A DNA stretch of 64,000 nucleotides from Planctomycetota bacterium (GTDB lineage: Bacteria > Planctomycetota > UBA8108 > SXIK01). Position numbers and translations under genes: made by a program. Shown here in pieces: positions 56,640-64,000 of this stretch (the first letter of the stretch is position 1; the number at the start of each line of letters is the position of its first letter). Below the pieces are notes generated by a model. The model was not told where the DNA came from and searched no databases. It worked only from the letters and a program-made list of their open reading frames with translations. The stretch spans positions 5,472,001-5,536,000 of the forward strand of contig CBDCXR010000004.1 in assembly GCA_965223845.1 (NCBI GenBank). The letters are read 5' to 3'.

Positions 56640-59600
56640 TTCCCTCGAACTCTCGCGGCGCGCAGCGCGCGTCGTGCGCCCGCACTGAGCTCGCAATCGC
56701 TGCGATGCTTGCGATCGCCCTCGGCGTCTCTCCTGTCGCGGCGCAAGAAAACGCTCCGCCGCCGTCGCCCGCGCCGACACCGCCAGCGCCGGCAGATGGC
56801 GCCGCTCCGGCACCCGCTCCGGACGGAACGAAGCCGGCCGAGACGAAACCCGCCGAGACGAAACCCACCGAGACGAAACCCACCGAGAAGCCCGACGAAG
56901 TCCAGCTCAGCTTCCAAGGCGCGAAGATCGACGTCGTCCTCAAGTGGCTGAATCAGGTTACGGGGAAGACCATCATCAAGCACCCGAAGGTGAACGTACA
57001 GCTGAGCGTCATGAGCACGCGAAAGCTGACGAAGGCACAAGCGATGCGGATGGTCTATCAGGCGCTGTCGCTCCAGGGCATCACCGCCGTCGAATCGAAA
57101 GAAGCCATCTACGTCCTTCCCGAGGGGGAAGCGTCGAAGATCCCGCCCTCCTGGCTCGGCGGGTCCGACGGCGAGGTGCTCGAAGGAAAGCACATCGTCG
57201 CTGTTCCCTTCCGGCTCTCGCACGCGAAGCCGAGCGCTCTCCAGGAGAAGGTCAAGAGCGTCCTCTCTCCGCAGGCGAAAATCCAGATCGACGACGGCGC
57301 AAGGAGTCTCATCATCACCGACTCCGCCGACAACGTGCGGCTCGCGCGCGAGTTCATCCGCGAGCTCGACGTCCCGACGACGTCGGATGCGGTGACGAAG
57401 ATCATCACGATCGAACACGCGAAACCCGACGACATCTCGAGTCTCATCAAGAAGATGTACGCGAGCGGGAAGCCGATACCGAAGGAGGACGGCGAAGGCG
57501 ACGGCAAACCGACCGTGACCGTCGCGGCGGACAGCATTCGGCTCTTCACTCTGCCGCCGAATCGCCTCCACATCACCGCTCCCCGATCGATCATCGACCG
57601 GATCGAAAAGATGATCGAGACGCTCGACGTCCCGATCGAGCAGGACGTCGCGGTCCGTGTGATCCAGCTCGGGCACGTCGACGCGGAGGAGCTCGCGGAG
57701 GAACTGAGCGACATGTACCGGAGTCTCCGCCGCGAGAGCGGCGAGATGCGGGAGGTGTCGGCGAATCAGCGCTCGAATTCGATCATCGTCCTCTCGTCGA
57801 AGCGCGACTTCGAAGACATCAAAAAGCTCGTCGATACTCTCGACACGCCGGAAGCTGAGAAGGCCGTGTGGAAGACCGTTCTCCTCGAAAACCACGACGC
57901 CGAGGATCTCGCCGAGCAACTCACGGAGCTCTACCAGGGAATGAGCGGCTCGTCGTCCCGTTACGGCTATTACGACTACTGGGGTTACTCCTACCGCCGA
58001 CGGCGGGGGAACAACAATACGGAGACTCGCTTCGTCGCCGACCGCCGGCGGAACGCGATCATGATCCTCGCTGCGCCGGGTCAGCTGAAGTCGATTGAAG
58101 ATATGGTGAAGGAGATGGATGCACCCGTCGACGGATCCGATCTCGCCCCGCGAATCATCCCCCTCAAGTACGTCCGGGCGTACGACGTCGAAGACGTCTT
58201 GAACACGCTCTTCCTCAAGAAGGACACGCGCAGCTACTGGGACTGGGATTCGTACGACGAAGAAGACAACGACATCGGACGCCTCTACGGCAAGGTGCGG
58301 ATAACGAGCGAGTCGTATTCGAACTCGATCATCGTCGCGAGTAACTCGGAAGAGAATCTCGCGGCGATCGAAGAAGTCGTCCGGAAGCTCGACGTCGCCT
58401 CGCCCACGGGAGAAACGACGCTGCGAGTTCCTCTCAATCACGCGCGGGCGGTCACGGTCGCGAACAATCTCAATATTCTCTTCGCACAGGCTGGTGCGGG
58501 AGCGGTACGGCAGAACCGCCAGCAGGAGCAAAACCGAAATCAGCCGCAGCAACAGAACAACGAGACGCTATCGCGCGGGTACGAGCTCGAGGAGGACATC
58601 CTCGAGGAGGCGTACTTCCCGTGGCTGACCAGCGGCGAGCGCGAAGGACGGCAGACGCTCTCCGGGCGGCCGGTGCGGACCGGAGGCGATCTCGTCGGCA
58701 AGGTGCGCGTCGTTCCGGATCACCGAACGAACTCGCTCCTCATCACGACGAACTCTCACCTCTTCTCTCCGGTGATCAGTCTCGTCGACGAGCTCGACAT
58801 CCCGACCGCGCAGGTTCTCATCGAGGCGGAGATCATCGAGATCTCTCAAGACGATCGCGAGCGGCTCGGCCTGCGCTTCTCGCCGGATGGGGCGCGCGTC
58901 TTCGACGACGAGGACTTCGACAATTCGCTCATCGGCCGGGGAATGGGCGAGTACACCGAGGTGTTCAGCGGCTCTCGGCTCCCCGACGCCATGCGGACCG
59001 GAATTCTTTCGAGCGCAATCGACCTCGACGTTCTGGTCCAGTTCCTCCGGAAGAACACTTCAGCGCGGATCCGCGCCGAGCCGCGCATCAACGTCTCGAA
59101 CAACGGCCTCGGACAGGCCTTCGTCGGCTCGCGGATTCCCTTCATCGATCAGAGCCAGCTCACGACGGAAGGAGCACGAAACGACACTTTCGACTACATC
59201 GATGTCGGAATCATCTTCGAGGTCCGGCCGCGGATCAACTCGGACAACGAAGTTGCGCTCTCGATCCGCGTCGAGTCGTCGAGCACGCGAAAGGGTGAAA
59301 CCCTCTTCGGCGGCGCGATCATCGACACGCGCGATTACCGCACGGAACTCACGGTAGCAAGCGGGCAAACCATCGTGCTCGGCGGGATCATTCAGCAAGA
59401 AGAATCGGAAATCATCTACAAGGTACCGGTGCTCGGCGACATCCCCCTCCTCGGTCTCCTCTTCACGAAGAAGGACACTTCAATGCGGGATATCGAGCTC
59501 ATGGTCCTTCTCCGCCCGACCGTCACGCGCAGTCTCGAAGACGTCGAGCGTCTGCGGCGCGAGGAGCTCCGGAACGCGGTGCGCGTCCGCGAGTGGACCG

Positions 59601-59647
59601 AATCGCGGGAAGAGGAAGCGAAGGAGGAGAGCGACGAAGCGGAGTGA
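56636..59647 (+). CDS. gspD: Secretin GspD
   Basis: Signal peptide; N0 LSFQGAKIDVVLKWL; several N-domains (RSLII, SNSIIV, RNAIMI, TNSLLI); QVLIEAEIIE; DVGIIFEVRPRI; KVPVLGDIPLLGLLF. Confidence 0.95.
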   Translation: MIPSNSRGAQRASCARTELAIAAMLAIALGVSPVAAQENAPPPSPAPTPPAPADGAAPAPAPDGTKPAETKPAETKPTETKPTEKPDEVQLSFQGAKIDVVLKWLNQVTGKTIIKHPKVNVQLSVMSTRKLTKAQAMRMVYQALSLQGITAVESKEAIYVLPEGEASKIPPSWLGGSDGEVLEGKHIVAVPFRLSHAKPSALQEKVKSVLSPQAKIQIDDGARSLIITDSADNVRLAREFIRELDVPTTSDAVTKIITIEHAKPDDISSLIKKMYASGKPIPKEDGEGDGKPTVTVAADSIRLFTLPPNRLHITAPRSIIDRIEKMIETLDVPIEQDVAVRVIQLGHVDAEELAEELSDMYRSLRRESGEMREVSANQRSNSIIVLSSKRDFEDIKKLVDTLDTPEAEKAVWKTVLLENHDAEDLAEQLTELYQGMSGSSSRYGYYDYWGYSYRRRRGNNNTETRFVADRRRNAIMILAAPGQLKSIEDMVKEMDAPVDGSDLAPRIIPLKYVRAYDVEDVLNTLFLKKDTRSYWDWDSYDEEDNDIGRLYGKVRITSESYSNSIIVASNSEENLAAIEEVVRKLDVASPTGETTLRVPLNHARAVTVANNLNILFAQAGAGAVRQNRQQEQNRNQPQQQNNETLSRGYELEEDILEEAYFPWLTSGEREGRQTLSGRPVRTGGDLVGKVRVVPDHRTNSLLITTNSHLFSPVISLVDELDIPTAQVLIEAEIIEISQDDRERLGLRFSPDGARVFDDEDFDNSLIGRGMGEYTEVFSGSRLPDAMRTGILSSAIDLDVLVQFLRKNTSARIRAEPRINVSNNGLGQAFVGSRIPFIDQSQLTTEGARNDTFDYIDVGIIFEVRPRINSDNEVALSIRVESSSTRKGETLFGGAIIDTRDYRTELTVASGQTIVLGGIIQQEESEIIYKVPVLGDIPLLGLLFTKKDTSMRDIELMVLLRPTVTRSLEDVERLRREELRNAVRVREWTESREEEAKEESDEAE
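56838..56887 (+). repeat. 15-bp in-frame tandem repeat (ETKP[A/T]) in the GspD N-terminal linker
   Basis: ccgagacgaaacccR x3 plus partial flanking copies. Confidence 0.85.
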
Positions 59648-59697
59648 CCCGACCGCGCTCGGTGGATCTTCCTTCCGGGGAGTGGCATATAGGGGCC

Positions 59698-60486
59698 ATG
59701 TCCCATCTCGTCACGCCGCTCTTTCACCGCGAGTTCGGCGGTCGGCCGCGTCTGCCGCTCGTCATCCTTCACGGGTTTCTCGGGTCGTCCCGCAACTGGC
59801 AGATCATGGGGCGGCATCTCGCGGACGACTTCCACGTCTACCTCGTCGATCTCCGCAACCACGGTCAATCGCCGCACGTCGAAGGCTCGGGCTACGCTGC
59901 CCAGGCGGACGATCTCCTCCGCTGGCTCGACTCGCAGCGACTCGCGCGGGCGCACCTTCTCGGCCACAGCATGGGCGGAAAGGTCGCCATGCGCTTCGCG
60001 TGCGAGCATCCCGAGCGCGTCTCGCGCCTCACGGTCGTCGACATCGCGCCGCGCGAATACCGAGCTGGCTCAGCGGAGCTGCGCGCGATGGTGAATCTCG
60101 ATCTCGGAAGCGTTGAGAGCCGCCGGGGAGCCTCCGAGCTGCTTCGCGCAGAGGTGCCCGACGAGGCGACGCGGAACTTTCTTCTCACGAATCTCGCGCG
60201 CACGGAGGACGGACAGTACCGCTGGACCGTGCATCTCGAGGCGCTCGACGCCGGGCTGCCGGAGCTTCGACGTTCGCCGCTCCTTCCCGATCACATCTAC
60301 CGCGGCGCTGTCCAGTGGATCGTCGCTGGCCGTTCGAGCTTCGTCGAGCCGAACGACGAAGACATCTTCCGCCGTCACTTCTCGGACTACCGTCTCGACC
60401 GCATCGAAGAGAGCGGGCACAACCCGCACGTCGAGGCGCCGGCGCGCTTTCGCGAACTCATCCTCGAGTTCGGCGGCTCGGCTTAG
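59698..60486 (+). CDS. Alpha/beta hydrolase (YbfF/ABHD11-like esterase)
   Basis: LHGFLGSSRNW, DLRNHGQS, GHSMGG, VVDIAP, GHNPH. Confidence 0.92.
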   Translation: MSHLVTPLFHREFGGRPRLPLVILHGFLGSSRNWQIMGRHLADDFHVYLVDLRNHGQSPHVEGSGYAAQADDLLRWLDSQRLARAHLLGHSMGGKVAMRFACEHPERVSRLTVVDIAPREYRAGSAELRAMVNLDLGSVESRRGASELLRAEVPDEATRNFLLTNLARTEDGQYRWTVHLEALDAGLPELRRSPLLPDHIYRGAVQWIVAGRSSFVEPNDEDIFRRHFSDYRLDRIEESGHNPHVEAPARFRELILEFGGSA

Positions 60487-60513
60487 ACCGTACCTGCCGC
60501 CTTCGCGACCGAA

Positions 60514-61044
60514 TCAGCGCGGCGGCGCGCCCCCTTTGCGTACGTAGACGCGAAAACTGCAGTCGTACGCATGCTTCCCGTCCGCCGCGAACCGTTCGTC
60601 CTCGACGAGCTGCCACCCGTCGAGCGAGCCCCCGGGGAAATAGACGTCACCGTCGACTTCCGCATGGACGAGTGTCAGGTAGAGCCGATTCGAGCGCGGC
60701 AGAGCTTCGGCGAACACGTTCTCGCCTCCGATCACGAAAACCTCCGAATCGTCCGCCGCCGCCTCGAGTGCCGCGTCGAGCGATCGGACGACCAGCGCGC
60801 CTTCGATTCCGCTCCCCTCTCGACGGGAAAGAACGATGCTCGTCCGGCCGGGAAGCGGTCGTCCGATCGACTCCCATGTTCGCCGGCCCATGACGATGTG
60901 GTGCCCCATCGTGAGCCGGCGGAATCGCTTCAGATCGCGCGGTAGATGCCAGGGGAGGTCGCCTCCGCGACCGATGACGAAGTTCTCGCTGGCCGCGACG
61001 ATGCACGAGAGGATCGGGGCGTCCGCCTTCGTTCCGCGGTTCAC
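60514..61044 (-). CDS. folA: Dihydrofolate reductase
   Basis: [44 protein letters not shown]. Confidence 0.96.
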   Translation of the reverse strand: MNRGTKADAPILSCIVAASENFVIGRGGDLPWHLPRDLKRFRRLTMGHHIVMGRRTWESIGRPLPGRTSIVLSRREGSGIEGALVVRSLDAALEAAADDSEVFVIGGENVFAEALPRSNRLYLTLVHAEVDGDVYFPGGSLDGWQLVEDERFAADGKHAYDCSFRVYVRKGGAPPR

Positions 61045-61835
61045 ACCGCCACCGGCGCCTTGATGTGAGGATGGGGGTCGTACCCCCGGACGCGAATGTG
61101 CTCGAAGCGGAACTCTTCGATGGCCGAGACGTTCGGAGCGAGCTCGAGATCGGGGAGTGCGCGTGGATCCCGTGAGAGCTGCTCGCGTGCCTGTTCAAAG
61201 TGGTTCTTGTAGAGGTGGGCGTCGCCGAGAGTGTGGATGAACTCACCCGGCGCGAGTCCCGTCACCTGCGCCACGAGATGTGTGAGGAGCGCGTAGGACG
61301 CGATATTGAACGGGACTCCAAGAAACACATCGGCACTTCGCTGATAAAGCTGGCAGGACAGCTTTCCTTCGGCGACGTAGAACTGAAAAAGAAGATGGCA
61401 GGGAGGGAGTGCCATCCGCTTGAGATCGCCGACATTCCACGCGCTCACGATCAAACGCCGCGAGCTCGGGTTTGAACGAATCGCACCGATCACTTCGGCG
61501 AGCTGGTCGATGGTCTCTCCCCCCGGCGCCGTCCACGATCGCCACTGGTGCCCGTAGACGGGTCCGAGATTCCCCTCCTCATCCGCCCACTCGTCCCAGA
61601 TCGAGACGCCGTTCTCCTTCAGGTAGGACGTGTTCGTGTCGCCTCGCACGAACCAGAGCAGCTCGTGGATGATCGACTTCAGATGGAGCTTCTTCGTCGT
61701 GACGAGAGGAAACCCCGCCGCGAGGTCGAACCGCATCTGGTGACCGAACACGCTGCGGGTGCCGGTGCCGGTTCGGTCGTCGCGATCGATGCCGCGGTCG
61801 AGAATGTGCTGGAGGAGGTCGAGGTACTGGCGCAT
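61041..61835 (-). CDS. thyA: Thymidylate synthase
   Basis: [50 protein letters not shown]. Confidence 0.98.
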   Translation of the reverse strand: MRQYLDLLQHILDRGIDRDDRTGTGTRSVFGHQMRFDLAAGFPLVTTKKLHLKSIIHELLWFVRGDTNTSYLKENGVSIWDEWADEEGNLGPVYGHQWRSWTAPGGETIDQLAEVIGAIRSNPSSRRLIVSAWNVGDLKRMALPPCHLLFQFYVAEGKLSCQLYQRSADVFLGVPFNIASYALLTHLVAQVTGLAPGEFIHTLGDAHLYKNHFEQAREQLSRDPRALPDLELAPNVSAIEEFRFEHIRVRGYDPHPHIKAPVAV

Positions 61836-61926
61836 CGAGTACGAGTTTGGAGAGTGGCAGAGCGAAAATCGAAATCGAGCGTCGGCGCTCGGCGATTCGC
61901 GAGAGATCGGATGGTTCTATCGGCGT

Positions 61927-62610
61927 TCAGTCGTCCCCGCCGCTCGAGCTGGACTTCACCGCGCGAAAGGGGTGCACCCAGTTCGCGAAGGTCTGCGGAC
62001 TGTGCGACTGAACCCAGATCGTACCGCGTCCCGTGAACTCGATCAGGATCTGATCCGCGAACAGGAACGATCGAATCCTCCGGGCCTTGCGGAGACGGTA
62101 CTCGAGCTGGGGCTCCCAGGCGACCGCGTAGCCGTTGTCGACAACGTAGGATCCGTCGATCGCGACCGCTTCGATGTCCCCGTAGGAAGCGAAGAAGAGA
62201 TCTCCGCGCCCCGAGGCGCGGAGGATGAAAAGCCCTTCGTTGAAGAAGCCACGGAGCCCGTCGAACTTCGCGTCGCAGTTGACACCCTCGCTCGACGCGA
62301 GGTACGCGCCTTTCTGAAGGAAGAGATGCTCGTCATCGAGTACGTGGTGGCGGATGTCACCCGCGACCGGCGGGGCGAGCCAGACCGAGCCCGGCCCGGT
62401 ATCCGCGGTAAAGCGATTCTGAAAAAAGCTCTGCCCGCCGAGCAGCTTTCGCTTCACTCCGGTGAAAACACCCCCGCGCGCACTCGTCTTCGTTGTTACG
62501 GTCTCATCCATCCATGCCATCGCGCCGGATTCGCCGACGATGGTCTCGCCGACCTCGAGCTGGGCTTCGAGGACGCTGTAGCTCGGACGAGATTCAATTT
62601 CAAACTTCAC
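61927..62610 (-). CDS. AIM24/TIGR00266-family protein
   Basis: ESGAMAWM, GGQSFF, GEG-like NEGLF, VVDNGYAVAW, GRGTIWVQSH. Confidence 0.88.
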   Translation of the reverse strand: MKFEIESRPSYSVLEAQLEVGETIVGESGAMAWMDETVTTKTSARGGVFTGVKRKLLGGQSFFQNRFTADTGPGSVWLAPPVAGDIRHHVLDDEHLFLQKGAYLASSEGVNCDAKFDGLRGFFNEGLFILRASGRGDLFFASYGDIEAVAIDGSYVVDNGYAVAWEPQLEYRLRKARRIRSFLFADQILIEFTGRGTIWVQSHSPQTFANWVHPFRAVKSSSSGGDD

Positions 62611-62682
62611 TTCGGACTCCGTGTCCGTCTCAGGCAGCGATCGAGCGGGATCGATCGAAATGAACCATCGAACGGCGCGAAC

Positions 62683-63369
62683 TCAAGCTTCGCGCGGCGG
62701 CAGGCGAGCGCCGATTCCCTTCCCGTACTCGTTCGGATTGTGCGACTGGACGTAGATCTTCCCGCGCCCTTCGAACTCGAGCACAATTCCCTCCCCGGCG
62801 AGCCAGGACTGAAGCCACGAACCGCCGGCCTTCGTCACGCGGTAGCTCAGACCTTCGCTGAAGGCGACGACGTGTCCCGTGTCGACCGTGAGACCTCCGT
62901 CGACATCCACCTCCTCGAGCCGCCCGAAGGCCGAGACGAGCAGCGTCCCCGTGCCGCTCGCGGCTAGGAAGAATATGCTCTCGCCGGTGAACATCCCCTT
63001 GAGACCTTGAAACTGCGTGTCGATCGCGAGCTCGGGGCTCGAGCCGAGGTACGATCCTCCGGCGCAAAGCCAGCGCTCGCTTCCGTCGAGCTCGATCGCG
63101 CGGACATCGCCCTGGAGCACGGCGGCGAGACCGACCTCACCCGGCGCATCTTCGGCGGAGTACCGCGAGAAGAAAAAATTGTCGCCGCTGAAGAGCCGCT
63201 TGATTCCCGCGAGGATGCCACCGCGCCCGCGAGTTTTCGTCGTCACATCGATGTCGATCGACGGGGAGGCGCGAAACATCGCACCCGATTCCGAGATGAA
63301 CTCCTCGCCCGCCTCGAGCGCCACGAGGGCATGACTGAAAGCGCCTTGCGATCTGACGTCGATTCTCAT
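62683..63369 (-). CDS. AIM24/TIGR00266-family protein
   Basis: ESGAMF, FSGDNFF, VDTGHVVAF, GEGIVLEFEGRGKIYVQSH. Confidence 0.9.
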   Translation of the reverse strand: MRIDVRSQGAFSHALVALEAGEEFISESGAMFRASPSIDIDVTTKTRGRGGILAGIKRLFSGDNFFFSRYSAEDAPGEVGLAAVLQGDVRAIELDGSERWLCAGGSYLGSSPELAIDTQFQGLKGMFTGESIFFLAASGTGTLLVSAFGRLEEVDVDGGLTVDTGHVVAFSEGLSYRVTKAGGSWLQSWLAGEGIVLEFEGRGKIYVQSHNPNEYGKGIGARLPPREA

Positions 63370-63391
63370 TCGAACGCGATTTGCCGCTCGT

Positions 63392-64000
63392 CTACGAAAG
63401 GAACGGAAGTACCCAGTTGCCGAGGGCGGGAAGGGTTCGCGTCTGAAGCCAGATCTTCCCCGTTCCGCTGAATCTCATCGTGAGGCCCTCGCCCGAAAAA
63501 AGCGTCGATTTCACGCCGCCCATACCGCCGATGCGGTATTCGAGCGTCTCCTCCCACGCGACGACGTGTCCGGTGTCGACGACGAGACCGCCGCTGATGT
63601 CCCGCTCTACGATCGCGCCGAAGCTCGTGAAGAAGAGATCACCCGTTCCGGTCGCGCGCAGGAGGAACGCGCCCTCGCCCGAGAAGAATCCGCGCAAACC
63701 GGCGAAGCGCGTCGACAACTCGATTCCTGGGGAGCACGCGAGAAACGTGCCGCGCGTCAGGTAGAGCATCTCGCCGTCCATCCTCCGGTGCTGTACGGAG
63801 CCCGGGGTAGGCGGCGAGAGACCGACGCGACCGCCACTCGGGTGCGAGTACTCGCCGACGAGGAGGCTCTCACGCGCGAGCATTTTGCGGAACACGGATC
63901 GGACCAATCCGCCGAGCATCCGCGATCGAACCTTCATCCCCGAGTCCATGTAGCTCATGGCGCCCGATTCGGCGACAAAGGTGTCGCCGGGCGCGAGGTC
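63392..64000 (-). CDS. AIM24/TIGR00266-family protein, 5' end beyond the window
   Basis: Frame open to the window edge (DLAPGDTFVAESGAMSYM); FFSGEGAF, VDTGHVVAW, GEGLTMRFSGTGKIWLQTR. Confidence 0.88.
   Translation of the reverse strand, partial: DLAPGDTFVAESGAMSYMDSGMKVRSRMLGGLVRSVFRKMLARESLLVGEYSHPSGGRVGLSPPTPGSVQHRRMDGEMLYLTRGTFLACSPGIELSTRFAGLRGFFSGEGAFLLRATGTGDLFFTSFGAIVERDISGGLVVDTGHVVAWEETLEYRIGGMGGVKSTLFSGEGLTMRFSGTGKIWLQTRTLPALGNWVLPFLS

Noticed and set aside
1-64000. tRNA, rRNA, integrase or transposase genes
   Set aside because: None recognised by eye; nearly all sequence is accounted for by protein-coding genes.

Overview
High-GC bacterial DNA, most likely from a Planctomycetota member (DUF1501 plus DUF1549/DUF1553 planctomycete cytochrome c pair, DCNxNG..PDEC repeats, Cys-tailed dockerin-like C-termini). 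The first ~20 kb, plus one gene at 33-37 kb, encode large secreted proteins that all end in a dockerin-like module. They are a LamG protein, an NPCBM/Ig protein, an SdrD-B repeat protein, two tandem ~1790-aa FG-GAP proteins carrying a phosphohistidine + ATP-grasp dikinase core in the glucan-water-dikinase order, and a Doc-Coh-Doc-Coh-Doc scaffold candidate. A duplicated dockerin cassette and a decayed dockerin remnant also lie in this region. The middle holds a GlcG/HbpS protein, a PepX-like peptidase, DUF2959, ogt, a PLP decarboxylase, a TIR protein, GntR-DUF1553-DUF1501, a putative Cys-His-Asp enzyme/lipoprotein pair and an ECF sigma/anti-sigma unit. The right part is a type II secretion operon (E-F-G-H-I-J-K-L-M-C-D), an esterase, folA, thyA and three AIM24 paralogs. 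The best novel-system candidate is an extracellular cohesin-dockerin complex that recruits secreted dikinases and glycan-binding modules, possibly exported by the nearby T2SS. All family calls come from motif recognition by eye; no database search was run.
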